Origin: Gemmatimonadota bacterium
GTDB taxonomy: Bacteria; Latescibacterota; UBA2968; UBA8231
Assembly: GCA_038128265.1 (NCBI GenBank)
Contig: JAYPJE010000024.1
Location: 1-64,000 of the forward strand
Length of the DNA stretch: 64,000 nucleotides
Direction: 5' to 3'
Shown here: positions 1-10,879 of the stretch, one piece after another
Layout: the number at the start of each line of letters is the position of its first letter
Numbering within the stretch: the stretch's first letter is position 1
The notes under the pieces: model-generated
Told to the model about the DNA's origin: nothing
The model's input: only the letters and a program-made list of their open reading frames with translations
Databases searched by the model: none
Position numbers and translations under genes: made by a program

Positions 1-2
1 GC

Positions 3-515
3 ACCGTCTACGGCGACCACGAGCGCTTTGAGAACACCTACTTCCAGCAGTATAAGGGCTATTACTTTACCGGCGACGGCTGTCGCCGCGACGCCGACGG
101 CTACTATTGGATTACGGGACGCGTCGACGATGTCATCAACGTATCCGGCCACCGCATGGGCACCGCCGAAGTGGAGAGCGCGCTCGTGCTGCACGGCAAA
201 GTTGCCGAGGCGGCCGTGGTCGGCTTTCCGCATGAGATCAAGGGCGAAGGCATTTACGCCTATGTCACGCTCAACGCCGGCGAGGAGTACACCGACGAGC
301 TGAAAGACGAGCTAAAGAAGCACGTGCGTCAGGTCATCGGCCCCATCGCTACCCCAGACGTCATTCACTGGGCACCCGGTCTGCCCAAGACGCGTTCGGG
401 CAAAATCATGCGCCGCATTCTGCGCAAGATATCTACCAACGAAATCGATCAACTAGGCGATACGTCGACGCTGGCCGACCCAAGCGTCGTTGATCAGTTG
501 ATCGCCAATCGATAG
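3..515 (+). CDS. acs: Acetyl-CoA synthetase, 3' part (5' end outside window)
   Basis: Frame is open from base 3: [63 protein letters not shown], the classic ACS C-terminus. Confidence 0.96.
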   Translation, partial: TVYGDHERFENTYFQQYKGYYFTGDGCRRDADGYYWITGRVDDVINVSGHRMGTAEVESALVLHGKVAEAAVVGFPHEIKGEGIYAYVTLNAGEEYTDELKDELKKHVRQVIGPIATPDVIHWAPGLPKTRSGKIMRRILRKISTNEIDQLGDTSTLADPSVVDQLIANR

Positions 516-531
516 GCGCTCATATAGCTCG

Positions 532-567
532 GCCGCCGGCTTCCTAGCGGAAGCCGGCGGCTTTTTT
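532..567 (+). terminator. Rho-independent terminator after acs
   Basis: 13-bp perfect stem GCCGCCGGCTTCC/GGAAGCCGGCGGC, 4-nt loop, followed by T6. Confidence 0.9.
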
Positions 568-599
568 ATTCATTCTCTGCGTTTGCTGCACGGCCCACT

Positions 600-2561
600 A
601 TGTCACTACCCATATCGTTTAGAGAGGATGTAACGCGCGATATTGCGCGCGCCGCCAGCCGAGAGTGGCTAGAGACCAACGGCCTCGGCGGCTGGTCGTC
701 TTCCACTATCTGCATGGCGCATACGCGCCGCTACCACGGCCTGCTCGTCGTCGCACAGCACCCGCCCGTTGGCCGCATCGTCCTCCTGTCCCATCTCGAT
801 GAGACGCTGTCCGTAGAGGGCAACGACCTCGCATTGGGCTGCCACTTCTTCCCCGGAGCCACGCATCCACAGGGGCATCTCTCTCTGTCTTCTTTTGATC
901 TGACGCCCAGTCCGACTTTTGTCTATACGAGCGAGGGCCTATCGCTGCGCAAGCAGATCGCCATGCTGTACGGAGAGCACAGCCTCGTCGTTCGCTACGA
1001 GCTGCTGAGCGCGCCGGCCCCCATGCGCATGAAGCTGCAGCCGTTTTTTGCCGGGCGCGATTACCACCATCTAATGAGCGCCAACAGCGGCGTTCAGAAC
1101 GAGGGCCGATTTGCCGACGATCTCCTGGCCTACGCGCCCTATGCCGATTTGCCGACGACTTATATCCACCTGCCTCAGGCGCGCTACGCAGCGGAACCCG
1201 ATTGGTATTACAACTACATGTACCCGCGCGAGGAGGAGCGCGGCCTCGACGCCAGCGAAGACCTCTTTACGCCCGGCACGCTCGCAGCCACCCTACGGGT
1301 TGGCCAACCGCTCTACGTGCTCATCAGCACGGACGATCCGCGCGGCCGCGATGCCGAAGTGCTCTTTGCCGACGAAATGGTGCGCCGCACGCGCGTCGTC
1401 CTACCTGCTCCCATCGCAAAAAAACCACATCTGGCGCAGCTAGCCCGCGCCGCCGATCAATTTCTCGTGCGGCGCGGCAGCGGGCTGCACACCATCTTGG
1501 CCGGCTATCCCTGGTTCACGGATTGGGGACGCGATACCATGATCGCCCTACCGGGCATCTGCTTAGTAAGCGGCAAGTGGGCCGAAGCACGCGGTATTTT
1601 CCGCGCCTTTGTAGAGCACGTCGACGAGGGTCTGATTCCCAACCGCTTTCCCGACCACGGCGAAGTCCCTGATTACAATACCGTCGATGCCACGCTGTGG
1701 CTGTTTACCGCCTTGTATAAATACGAGGAACACAGCGGCGACGAGGCGCTAGCCGATGAGCTATGGCCCGTTCTGCTCGATATCATCGCCTGGCACGAGC
1801 GCGGCACGCGCTATCATATCGGCGTGGACGAGGATGGACTGCTGCGCGCCGGCGAACACGGCACGCAGCTAACGTGGATGGATGCCAAAGTCGGCGACTG
1901 GGTTGTCACGCCGCGCCAAGGCAAGGCCGTGGAGATCAATGCGCTCTGGTATAACGCCCTGCGCATCGCCGCCCACATCGCCCAGCGGCGCGGCGAAAAA
2001 GCGTGTGCGGCCGAGCTATCGACCAAGGCGGCGGCGCTGCAGCATGCTTTTTCCGAGCTGTTCTGGAACGCCGAACGGGGCTGCCTGTACGACGTAATAG
2101 ACGGCGAACACAAAGACGCATCCATTCGGCCCAACCAGCTGCTGGCACTCTCCCTGCCCTTTCCACTGCTCGAGGGCGAGCGTGCCCACAGCCTCTTTGC
2201 CGTCGTCGATGAGCACCTCTACACGCCGCGTGGGCTGCGCTCGCTGTCGCCGCGCGATGCGTCCTACCGCAGTAGCTATTTAGGTGGCCCATGGGAGCGC
2301 GACGGCGCCTATCACCAGGGCATTGTGTGGGGCTGGCTGATCGGGCCCTTTCTGACGGCGCTGGCACGCCTGCACGGCGAAGAGGGCAAGGCGCGCGGGC
2401 GCGCCATTGTCGAAGGGTTCACCGAGCACCTGTGCGAAGCGGGCCTCGGTTCCGTGTCAGAAATATTTGACGCCGAACCGCCCTTTGCGCCGCGCGGCTG
2501 CTTTGCACAGGCGTGGAGCGTAGCCGAACTCCTGCGCGCATCCGTCGAAGACCTGGCGTAA
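600..2561 (+). CDS. Glycogen debranching enzyme / amylo-alpha-1,6-glucosidase (GDE_N + GDE_C)
   Basis: EWLETNGLGG, TRRYHGLL, IAGY-like LAGYPWFTDWGRDTMIALPG, YNTVDATLW, LTWMDAK, YHQGIVWGWL, GCFAQAWS. Confidence 0.93.
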   Translation: MSLPISFREDVTRDIARAASREWLETNGLGGWSSSTICMAHTRRYHGLLVVAQHPPVGRIVLLSHLDETLSVEGNDLALGCHFFPGATHPQGHLSLSSFDLTPSPTFVYTSEGLSLRKQIAMLYGEHSLVVRYELLSAPAPMRMKLQPFFAGRDYHHLMSANSGVQNEGRFADDLLAYAPYADLPTTYIHLPQARYAAEPDWYYNYMYPREEERGLDASEDLFTPGTLAATLRVGQPLYVLISTDDPRGRDAEVLFADEMVRRTRVVLPAPIAKKPHLAQLARAADQFLVRRGSGLHTILAGYPWFTDWGRDTMIALPGICLVSGKWAEARGIFRAFVEHVDEGLIPNRFPDHGEVPDYNTVDATLWLFTALYKYEEHSGDEALADELWPVLLDIIAWHERGTRYHIGVDEDGLLRAGEHGTQLTWMDAKVGDWVVTPRQGKAVEINALWYNALRIAAHIAQRRGEKACAAELSTKAAALQHAFSELFWNAERGCLYDVIDGEHKDASIRPNQLLALSLPFPLLEGERAHSLFAVVDEHLYTPRGLRSLSPRDASYRSSYLGGPWERDGAYHQGIVWGWLIGPFLTALARLHGEEGKARGRAIVEGFTEHLCEAGLGSVSEIFDAEPPFAPRGCFAQAWSVAELLRASVEDLA

Positions 2562-2578
2562 CGATCCGACCGAGTGCG

Positions 2579-3439
2579 TCAGGCCTGGACCTGCGGATGG
2601 CGCGCCTTGGGCAGGCCGTGCTCGTCACACCACTCGGCAATGGGGTTGCGCCCGCCGTTGACCTGAAACGTCTCTACCTCTTCAAAAGCCTCGCCGACCA
2701 AAAAGCGCTGCAGCGGTGACAGGGTCTGCACAAATTCCGGCGCTTGCTTCACGTAGTCCATTGGCATCACCCAACGATAGCCGTAGCCGACCATAATCGC
2801 CTTGCGCGTATCATTGCCCCGGTGCAGCGCACCGGCGTGAAACGTGCGGTTTTCAAAGATCAGGCAATCGCCCGGCTGCAGCTGCGGCTCCACGGCATTT
2901 TCCGGATCGACGCGCCCCTCGGGAATGGAGAGCCCATCCGACAGCAGATGGCTGCCCGGAGAAACCATTGTTGCGCCGCGTCCCTTTTCGCTTAGATCCG
3001 TCAAATAGTAGGCGCATTTGACCAACAGGCGCGGAATCGCAGCGTGGCCCATATCGTGCATGGCCATCGCGTAATCGCGGTGCCAGCCCGGCAGTCGATG
3101 CGTGTCCGGCTTGTCAACCGGGTCGGGCTGTTTGTAAATCAGGTGCGACGTCATCACGTGCAAACTCGCGCCCAGAAGCTGTACGACAATGGGCAGGATT
3201 TTCTCGTGATCAATCAGCGCGGCAAACGCCGGATCGAGCGCGATTGAGTTGCGAAAACCGTCGTAAATGCCGCCGCTGTTGGTCTGGCGATTGGTCTGCA
3301 TTTCGCTGTCGAGCAGACGGTCGCCGGCGGCAAGCAACCGTTCGAGCGTCGACGCGTCGAGTGCGTTGCGCACAATCAGGTAGCCCTGCTGATCAAAATG
3401 ATCGATGTCTGCTTGAGAAATGGGTTCGTATTTCAGCAT
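2579..3439 (-). CDS. Phytanoyl-CoA dioxygenase (PhyH) family Fe(II)/2OG oxygenase
   Basis: FDQQGYLIV, WHRD (HxD), PGSH, GDCLIF..TFHAG..R. Start moved to ATG 3439 (GAGAGG upstream) to avoid overlapping the MFS gene. Confidence 0.88.
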   Translation of the reverse strand: MLKYEPISQADIDHFDQQGYLIVRNALDASTLERLLAAGDRLLDSEMQTNRQTNSGGIYDGFRNSIALDPAFAALIDHEKILPIVVQLLGASLHVMTSHLIYKQPDPVDKPDTHRLPGWHRDYAMAMHDMGHAAIPRLLVKCAYYLTDLSEKGRGATMVSPGSHLLSDGLSIPEGRVDPENAVEPQLQPGDCLIFENRTFHAGALHRGNDTRKAIMVGYGYRWVMPMDYVKQAPEFVQTLSPLQRFLVGEAFEEVETFQVNGGRNPIAEWCDEHGLPKARHPQVQA

Positions 3440-3449
3440 AGAGGTCCTC

Positions 3450-4736
3450 TCACGAAGCAGCGTCGGCAGCCGCTTCTTCTTCTTTTTTGCGCTGTGTGCT
3501 GAGTTCGGCCAAACTACCCAAATTGCGCAGCGAGGGGAATAGGCCACTCCACGCCAGCACGACAACGAGCGTGCCGACACCGCCGCTGACGACGGAAACA
3601 ACCGGGTTATAAAGCTGTGCGACAAGGCCCGACTCAAAGCCGCCAATCTCGTTGGACGAGCCGATGAAAATCGAATTGACGGCCGAGACGCGACCGCGCA
3701 TATGATTGGGCGTGCTCATCTGCGATACGACGTGGCGCACGACCATGCTAACGTTGTCGAACGCGCCGGTAAACGCCAGCATCAGCATAGAAAGCCAAAA
3801 GTTCTGCGACAGACCAAAGACGATGGTCGCCGCGCCAAACCCGGCTACGCAAAGCAGCAACGTGCGCCCTGCTCGCTGCATCGGCGGCAGATGCGCCATC
3901 AGCAGGGCCATGACACAGGCCCCGGCCGCCGGCGCGGCGCGCAGCCAGCCCAACGCTTCTTCGGGCTCAAGGCCCACGGGCGCCAAGTCGACGATCTCGC
4001 GCGCGAAGATGGGCAGCAAATAGACAGCGCCGCCCAGCAGCACGGCAAATAGGTCGAGCGAACTAGCACCGAGTAAGATTTTCTTGTTCCAGACAAAGCG
4101 CAGCCCCTCGGCCACCTGCTCAACCATGCGACCGCGCGCGCTGCGCGTAGAGGCCGGAAGCTGCATGCCAAAGAGAAAGACGATAAAGGCCAGCGAGGAA
4201 ACGGCGCTCAGCACGTAGGCCGCCTGAATATTGTAGGCGATGATAAAACCGCCGATGGCCGGCCCGCCGATCCCCGTTATCTGCTGCAGGCTCGTACGCC
4301 ACTTAACGGCGTTTTCAAATTCCTCTTCTGGAACGAGCAGCGGCATAATGGCCGTGCGCGCCGGCGCGCCCATGCGCAACATGGTAGCATCGAGAAAGAG
4401 CAGCGCATACATCCAGTGCACGGATAGCTCGTAGTAGCTAAAGGCGGCAAGGCCCAGCGATGTGAGTGTGGCGCCGGCCAAACTCAGCATCATCAGCTTG
4501 CGGCGGTCGTAGACATCGGCCAAATAGCCCGCTGGCAGCGTAAAGAGCAGCATGGGAATAGCCTGCACCAGCCCAACATACCCAAGTGAAATGGCTTCGC
4601 CCGTTCGGTCGTACACTTCCCAACCAATGGCCAAGCCCTGCGCCGCTGTCCCCATGCTGACTAGCGAAGACGTGACGAGGTAGTTGCGAAACAGCGCAAT
4701 GCGCAGCGCACTATACGGATCGTGTTTCTCGCTCAA
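3450..4736 (-). CDS. MFS transporter (H+ antiporter/EntS-like)
   Basis: About 12 hydrophobic segments, motif A AGYLADVYDRRK, MRGRVSA. TTG start at 4736 preceded by GGAGG. Confidence 0.9.
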   Translation of the reverse strand: MSEKHDPYSALRIALFRNYLVTSSLVSMGTAAQGLAIGWEVYDRTGEAISLGYVGLVQAIPMLLFTLPAGYLADVYDRRKLMMLSLAGATLTSLGLAAFSYYELSVHWMYALLFLDATMLRMGAPARTAIMPLLVPEEEFENAVKWRTSLQQITGIGGPAIGGFIIAYNIQAAYVLSAVSSLAFIVFLFGMQLPASTRSARGRMVEQVAEGLRFVWNKKILLGASSLDLFAVLLGGAVYLLPIFAREIVDLAPVGLEPEEALGWLRAAPAAGACVMALLMAHLPPMQRAGRTLLLCVAGFGAATIVFGLSQNFWLSMLMLAFTGAFDNVSMVVRHVVSQMSTPNHMRGRVSAVNSIFIGSSNEIGGFESGLVAQLYNPVVSVVSGGVGTLVVVLAWSGLFPSLRNLGSLAELSTQRKKEEEAAADAAS

Positions 4737-4926
4737 TGCACCTCCACCCACCAACGTGCGATGCCGCACGCGGTATCTCCTATACTTTGTGTACGACCGG
4801 CCAATAAGCAGCGGCAAAATATAATCGCACCACTCGCTCTCTACAATTCCAACGGCTTGGCCGATGGCGCAATTTATGCGATACTATGCGGCAGCTAAAC
4901 CGGCGATTGATTGCAGGGAGTATACC

Positions 4927-5826
4927 ATGTCTATTCGCTTTGTCCTGCTGACAGACAGCCACTATCATCCTCAGGCCGAAAAAGACTACGGAGCACCGAA
5001 GATGCTGACGCGCAGTCGCGAGGTGCTCGATGCCATTCCCGACGCGGTCAACGCGCTCGAGCCAGACTTTGTCGTGCACGCAGGCGACCTGCTGTGCGGG
5101 GGTTCCTCTTTTGACTTACCTACTGCGCTATACGAGCGCTCTGTCGACGAGGTGGCCGATGTGTTCGCATCTATTAAAGCCCCTTTTTACTGCGTGCCCG
5201 GCAACCACGACTGCGATGCGCAGAGCGGTTCCATGGACGGCTTCGCGCGCCGTTTTCACCTGCCCAATCCGCTCACGATAGTAGATGCCGGACCGCGCCT
5301 GCGCCTGGCGCTGGCCAACGTATATCACGCTTGCAACGGCGTCGAAGAGGGGTGTGGCATTTGGACCGATGCATTAGACGCGCATCTGCGCTCCGCTGCG
5401 CTACAGGCCGAGCGCGACTGCTGCGCGCTCCTGCTCGTCTTGCATACCTGGGTGCTGTCCGACCACACGCCGGGTAGGGGCGTGGTCAACAACGTTGACA
5501 CGCTTATAGATACGCTGTCTACACACCCGGCCATCGCCGCCGTTTTTACCGGCCATCGCCACCTCAACCGCATTCGTATGTACCGCGACGTGCTCGTTGT
5601 CGATACGTCCTGTCTGGTTGGTTTTCCACTGGGATTTCGCCTGATAGAGCTCAATGACGACGGGCTGTTAAAAACGGCATTCCACGCGCTGCCCCTTCCC
5701 GAACTGAACGCGGCTTCCTACGCGCGCTCGGCCGAGTGGGAAAACGAGCGCTGGCAGGGCGAAATCCACGACCGCAACACCGAGGTGCTGCTACCGCGCC
5801 TGCGCCAGCTTTGGTGTCGAAGTTAA
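4927..5826 (+). CDS. Calcineurin-like metallophosphoesterase
   Basis: TDSH, HAGDL, PGNHD, H, GHRH motifs in canonical order. GGGAG before ATG 4927. Confidence 0.88.
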   Translation: MSIRFVLLTDSHYHPQAEKDYGAPKMLTRSREVLDAIPDAVNALEPDFVVHAGDLLCGGSSFDLPTALYERSVDEVADVFASIKAPFYCVPGNHDCDAQSGSMDGFARRFHLPNPLTIVDAGPRLRLALANVYHACNGVEEGCGIWTDALDAHLRSAALQAERDCCALLLVLHTWVLSDHTPGRGVVNNVDTLIDTLSTHPAIAAVFTGHRHLNRIRMYRDVLVVDTSCLVGFPLGFRLIELNDDGLLKTAFHALPLPELNAASYARSAEWENERWQGEIHDRNTEVLLPRLRQLWCRS

Positions 5827-5838
5827 ACGAGGTCTACC

Positions 5839-6936
5839 TTGCAGCTGCGCGAACAAAAAATGCCAGGTGGCTGGTCCGTTGACCTATTTCGCGACGGGCG
5901 TTCCATTGCGCGCCTGTGGATTGCCGATCGCCAGATGCGGATTGGCTCGTGTATCGTCAAGATAGGGGGCATTGCCGGGGTAGGCACCGATGCCCAATAC
6001 CGCAAAAAAGGGCTGGCCAGCCGCGTGCTCAACGCCGCCATTGAGCTCATGCGGCGCGAGGGCTACGACGCTTCCTTTCTCTATGGAATCGCCGATTTTT
6101 ACCACCGCTTTGGCTTTGTAACGTGCATGCCGCAGCACAGCCTCGAGTTAGATACACGACGGGCCGAGCACGCCGAAAAACGCCTAAAAATGCGCACGGC
6201 CCAACAGGCCGACTACGCGGCCATCGCCCGCATCTACAACCGCGACAGCGCCGAGCGCACGGCCAGCTGTCTGCGCGACGTGCGCCGCTGGCGCGGCTTT
6301 CCCATGGGATCGGGTTTTGGCGTGCACTGCACGACCCGCGTCGTCGTCAATCCGAAGGGCCGAGTAATCGGCTATGTGGCCTACGACGACGTGGATACGC
6401 ACTGTCGCATAGCCGAAGTAGGCGGTCAGGGCCAAGCGGTATTCCACACGCTGCTGTTCGATATGGCGCGCCGCGCCGTCGCCCTGCGCCGCGGCAGCTT
6501 TTCGCTGAGCCTGCCGCCCGACCATCCCTTTGCCCTATTCTGCCGCAGCTACGGCTGCACGGCGCACACGGCCTACGAACGCAACGCCGGGCCCATGGCG
6601 CGCCTGATCAACCTGGATAGCTGCATAGAGAAAGTGCGGCCAGAGCTGGCGCGCCGTTGGAGTGAATCCGACCGCCGACACGCGCTGAGCGTGCGCACGG
6701 ACATAGGGAATTTTTCGCTGCACTGGCGCGCGAACCAGCTATGCGTCAACCATACACGCGCCCGGGGCGCTGCCCGTCTCGATCAAGCCGCGCTCACTCA
6801 GCTGCTGCTCGGCTATACTACGCCTAGCCAACTCCGGACCCAAGGCGACCTGACCTGCAGCGGAACGCAGCTAACCCTCTTAGAGCGCCTCTTTCCGCTG
6901 CAACAGGCCCATATGTCCTGGCCCGATCGCTTTTAA
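5839..6936 (+). CDS. GNAT N-acetyltransferase, Eis-like (tandem GNAT + C-terminal SCP2-like domain)
   Basis: IGGIAGVGTDAQYRKKGLAS acetyl-CoA motif, FYHRFGF, C-terminal LTQLLLG..LERLFP..DRF as in the Eis family. Confidence 0.82.
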   Translation: MQLREQKMPGGWSVDLFRDGRSIARLWIADRQMRIGSCIVKIGGIAGVGTDAQYRKKGLASRVLNAAIELMRREGYDASFLYGIADFYHRFGFVTCMPQHSLELDTRRAEHAEKRLKMRTAQQADYAAIARIYNRDSAERTASCLRDVRRWRGFPMGSGFGVHCTTRVVVNPKGRVIGYVAYDDVDTHCRIAEVGGQGQAVFHTLLFDMARRAVALRRGSFSLSLPPDHPFALFCRSYGCTAHTAYERNAGPMARLINLDSCIEKVRPELARRWSESDRRHALSVRTDIGNFSLHWRANQLCVNHTRARGAARLDQAALTQLLLGYTTPSQLRTQGDLTCSGTQLTLLERLFPLQQAHMSWPDRF

Positions 6937-6950
6937 AAGGGAGACCAACT

Positions 6951-8411
6951 ATGCGCATTCTGTTAGCGGCTTTCAAGCAAGAGACGGCCACCTTTAATCC
7001 GGCGCGTTCGACGTGCGAACACTTCAAGTTTGCACGCGGCGAGGAGATCCTAGCGCTAAAAAATACGCGCAGTGAAATCGGCGGTGCCCTGACCGTCTTT
7101 GCCGAGGCGGGTGTCGACATCGTGCCGACCTACGCGGCGTGGGCGGTCTCTGGCGGACCGGTAGACGACGGCGAGTTAAACGGCATGATCGACGAGATGC
7201 TCGCCTCGATCAGTGCACACAGCGACGTCGACGGTGCGCTGATTATCTTTCACGGCGCTATGGCCGGTCAGACGGAAATGGACCCCGAAGGCCGCGTCTT
7301 AGCAGCGGCACGCGCACTGCTCGGTGACATGCCCGTCGTCACCACCTTCGACCTACACGGCGTTATCACCGACCGTCTTATCGAGCACTCTGATGCAATC
7401 GTACCGTTTCACACCTACCCACACGTCGACCAGTTTGAAACCGGCCAGCGCGGTGCGCGCTGCCTGCTGACGCTGCTCAACACAGGCGCCAAACCCTCGA
7501 TTGCGCGCATTAAGCTGCCTATGCTGGTGCGCGGCGACGAGCTCATCACCGCAACCGGGCGCTTTGGCCAGGCCATTGGCATGTGCCAGGAAATCGAAGC
7601 ATCTGAAAAGGGACTAGCGGCCGGCGTCTTTATCGGCAACCCCTTCACCGACGTGCCTGACCTGCGCTCCAACGTCGTCATTACCGCCGACGGCGACGCC
7701 GAGTGGGCGCAGAAAAAGGCGGTGGAGATCGCCCGCTTTATGTGGGATAATAGAGCGCACTTTGTCGCACCGCTGACGCCGCTGGACGAGGCCATACGGA
7801 TAGCCGAGGAAACCGATGGACTCACGGTGTTTTCCGACGCGGCCGACGCTACGTCTTCGGGTGCATCCGGCGACAGCAACGCCGCGCTGCGCGGTCTGCT
7901 CGAACACGGCTATTCGGGAACGGCCCTGCTGCCCCTAGTCGATGCACCAGCGGTCCAAGCCGCCTTTGCCGCCGGCGTGGGCTCGACCATTCGCGTACCG
8001 CTGGGCGGCAGCGTCGACCCACAGCGGCACAAACCCGTTGAATGCGAAGCCTACGTCAAAGCGCTCGGCGACGGCCACTTTCTTTACAGCGACGGCCTTC
8101 CCGGGCACGCTGGACCCACCGCCGTGCTCTCCGTCGGTCGCTACCAACTAATGGTGACGACGCTCCCCGTCAGCATTATGGATCGCCACGTCTTTATGGC
8201 CTGTGGCCTGCTGCCGGAACACTTTGATTTAGTGGTCTGTAAATCGCCCAACGGCTTCCGTCCGCACTACGAGCACATCGCCCGCCGCATCGTCGCCGTA
8301 GACCTGCCCGGCTCGACCAGTGCCAACCTGCGCTCGCTGCCCTATGCCCGCTGCCCGCGCCCCATCTTTCCGCTGGACGAGGACGTCGCGGCACCCGAAG
8401 AATTGGCTTAG
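6951..8411 (+). CDS. M81 family metallopeptidase (MlrC-like)
   Basis: QETATFNP, HGAM..DPEG, DLHG, HTYPHVD, DAADATSSGASGD, VCKS..F. Confidence 0.9.
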   Translation: MRILLAAFKQETATFNPARSTCEHFKFARGEEILALKNTRSEIGGALTVFAEAGVDIVPTYAAWAVSGGPVDDGELNGMIDEMLASISAHSDVDGALIIFHGAMAGQTEMDPEGRVLAAARALLGDMPVVTTFDLHGVITDRLIEHSDAIVPFHTYPHVDQFETGQRGARCLLTLLNTGAKPSIARIKLPMLVRGDELITATGRFGQAIGMCQEIEASEKGLAAGVFIGNPFTDVPDLRSNVVITADGDAEWAQKKAVEIARFMWDNRAHFVAPLTPLDEAIRIAEETDGLTVFSDAADATSSGASGDSNAALRGLLEHGYSGTALLPLVDAPAVQAAFAAGVGSTIRVPLGGSVDPQRHKPVECEAYVKALGDGHFLYSDGLPGHAGPTAVLSVGRYQLMVTTLPVSIMDRHVFMACGLLPEHFDLVVCKSPNGFRPHYEHIARRIVAVDLPGSTSANLRSLPYARCPRPIFPLDEDVAAPEELA

Positions 8412-9157
8412 TCGGCCATCTCGCCAATCCAGCGCAGGCACTCAGCGCCCCAGTCAAAGGGCGCTTGCAGGCCAAGTCCATGCCGTCCACGTGCGTAGAG
8501 GTGCAGTTCGAAGGGCACGCCGTGCTGGCGCAGCGCCGAGGCAAAAAGCATGCTGTTTTCCAGCGGCACGCCGGCGTCCTCTCCCGTATGCCACAGAAAG
8601 CACGGCGGCGTTGCGGCCGTCACGCGACAATCGGTGGACAGTTCGTCGAGCAGTGCGGGCGCGGGCTCTTCGCCAGCCAAGTTGCGCATCGATCCAGCAT
8701 GTGCAAAGGCCCCCTGCGATGTGATGACTGGATAGCACAGAATGCCAAAGTCAGGTCGCAGCGACACCGCACTCTCGTAAGTATCCCAAGCGACCAGCGC
8801 GTGCGATGCCAGATGGCCGCCGGCCGACGAACCCATGATGCCGATGCGCTGCGGGTCGAGGTCAAATTCACCGGCTCGAGCGCGCACCGCACAGATGGCC
8901 GACAGCGCGTCTTCGAGCATGGCCGGATGGCGAAAGCCGTCCGTGCCCAAGCGGTAGGTCACGACAAAGCTGGCGATGCCGGCCGACGATAAGTACTCGG
9001 CATAGCCCCTTCCTTCGTGCTCGGCCAGCGCCCCATAGCCACCCCCGGGCAGAATGACAACCCCTGCGCCCTGGCTGGCGCCCGTTGGCAGGTAGCACGC
9101 AATGCGCGGCGCAGGGGCCGTAGTCCCGCTTCTCAATTCCCCTCTGATCTCATTCAT
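8408..9157 (-). CDS. Alpha/beta hydrolase (carbohydrate acetyl-esterase-like)
   Basis: PGGGY oxyanion motif, GSSAGGH nucleophile, D (EDAGV) and H (GRHGLGL). Confidence 0.87.
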   Translation of the reverse strand: MNEIRGELRSGTTAPAPRIACYLPTGASQGAGVVILPGGGYGALAEHEGRGYAEYLSSAGIASFVVTYRLGTDGFRHPAMLEDALSAICAVRARAGEFDLDPQRIGIMGSSAGGHLASHALVAWDTYESAVSLRPDFGILCYPVITSQGAFAHAGSMRNLAGEEPAPALLDELSTDCRVTAATPPCFLWHTGEDAGVPLENSMLFASALRQHGVPFELHLYARGRHGLGLQAPFDWGAECLRWIGEMAD

Positions 9158-9228
9158 AAAGCTGTTTTCCCATTGGGCAATATGTGTTTCCCTGCAAAAC
9201 GCTAGACCGCGATGGCTTCGCGCGCACC

Positions 9229-10854
9229 CTAGCCGTTGGGTCGCACGACCTGTCCGGGCGTCGCCCCCGTATGTGCTCCATCGCGCACTACGCGTATCCC
9301 GTTGACCCATACGTCATGCACGCCCACCGAAAGCTGGTGTGGGTCTTCAAACGTCGCCCGATCGCCAATGGTATGCTCGTCAAATAGCACGACGTCTGCC
9401 TGCAGGCCGCACACCAACAGACCGCGATCGCTCAGCGACAGGCGTGCGGCCACCGCACCGCTCATTTTGTTCACCGCCTCTTCCAGAGACAGTCTCTTTT
9501 CTTCGCGCACGTATTTTCCGAGCACGCGCGGATAGCTTCCATAGCCGCGCGGGTGCACTGGGCCATAGGCTCTCGCCCACGCCGGGTCGTGGCCGCCGGC
9601 ATCGGTCGACACCTTAATCCACGGCAGGCCGAGCTGCATGGCGACATTCTCTTCGCTCATCGAAAAGTAGATGGTGCTGATGCGCTGGCGCTCGCTCAGC
9701 AGCAGATCGCACACCGCGTCAAACCAATCCTGGCCGCGCTCCTGCGCAATCTCCGAAAGGCGCCGCCCCACGTAGGGCTTGTTCTCTTCTTTCTGGAAGC
9801 CGATCGGCATCACGCCCTCCTGGCCGTGCTGGTCGACCATGGCCTCCCAGCGCCCGCCCGGCTGCATCGACTCGGCTTTGATCTCGGCGCGCTTGACCGC
9901 GTCTTCTAGATTTTCAAAGAGCTTGCCCTCGGCCGCCGCCCACGGCGGCAGCACCGACGAGAGCCCGGTAGCAGAGGCCGCGTAGGGATACATATCGGCC
10001 GTCACGTCGAGGCCACTAGCGCGTGCCGCATCAATTTTTTCGATGACCTGCTGCATGGCGCCCCAATTGCGCTTTCCAGCGGCCTTCAAGTGATAGATTT
10101 CCACCGGCAAGCCACCTTCGCGACCGATGCGCAGCGCTTCGTCTACGGCTTCAAGAATGGCGTCGCCCTCCGAGCGGATATGCGTTATGTACAATCCGCC
10201 ATAGCGCGCTGCTTCTTTACATACCTCAATTATTTCTTCCGTCTCAGCATAGGCATCCGGCGGATAGATCAGCGCATACGACGGGCCAAAGGCCCCGTCT
10301 TCCATGGCCTCGGCCATAACCCGCCGCATCAGCGTCCGCTCGTCGGGTGTCGGCGCGCGCAGATCCAAGCCCATGGCATACTCGCGCAGCGTGCCCGCGC
10401 CCAGAAAGGAGCCCACGTTGGGCGAGACACCCGTCTCGACCATGGCCGCCAGCCAATCGCCAAAGCGATGCCACTGGCTCGCGCGTTCGGCCCACGCGGC
10501 CAGGCGCTCACCGTATATACCCGTGCTCAGCGCCCGCTCGATGCGCCCACCAAACGGAGCCGGCGTCCACGCCTCACCCATGATCTCGGTAGTGACGCCC
10601 TGCGTGATTTTTGACAGGCAGCGGCCGTCGAGCATCAGCGGCACGATTGAGTGGCTTTGGATATCGATAAAGCCCGGACACACGACTCGCCCCCGCGCGT
10701 CTACAACCTCCGACGCGTCGCCATCGGCCAGCGCGCCGGGCGCGGTCACTCTGACGATGTGCTCGCCGCGTAAACCGACGTCGCCGTAGCGCCACGGCCC
10801 CCCCGTGCCGTCGACGATCTTGCCGTTGCGAATCAATACGTCTAATGCGGCCAT
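9229..10854 (-). CDS. N-acyl-D-amino-acid deacylase family amidohydrolase (variant metal site)
   Basis: IVDGTG, PGFIDIQSH, QGVTTEIMGE, HIRSE, YHLK, DMYPY, HPRGYGSYPRVLG. GGAGGAG RBS before ATG 10854. Confidence 0.9.
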   Translation of the reverse strand: MAALDVLIRNGKIVDGTGGPWRYGDVGLRGEHIVRVTAPGALADGDASEVVDARGRVVCPGFIDIQSHSIVPLMLDGRCLSKITQGVTTEIMGEAWTPAPFGGRIERALSTGIYGERLAAWAERASQWHRFGDWLAAMVETGVSPNVGSFLGAGTLREYAMGLDLRAPTPDERTLMRRVMAEAMEDGAFGPSYALIYPPDAYAETEEIIEVCKEAARYGGLYITHIRSEGDAILEAVDEALRIGREGGLPVEIYHLKAAGKRNWGAMQQVIEKIDAARASGLDVTADMYPYAASATGLSSVLPPWAAAEGKLFENLEDAVKRAEIKAESMQPGGRWEAMVDQHGQEGVMPIGFQKEENKPYVGRRLSEIAQERGQDWFDAVCDLLLSERQRISTIYFSMSEENVAMQLGLPWIKVSTDAGGHDPAWARAYGPVHPRGYGSYPRVLGKYVREEKRLSLEEAVNKMSGAVAARLSLSDRGLLVCGLQADVVLFDEHTIGDRATFEDPHQLSVGVHDVWVNGIRVVRDGAHTGATPGQVVRPNG

Positions 10855-10879
10855 AGTGCGCTCCTCCCGCCCGAGATGA

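Noticed and set aside
6951..8411. Microcystin degradation (mlr) cluster
   Set aside because: Only an M81-family member is present, with no mlrA/mlrB/mlrD-like neighbours. The family is widespread.
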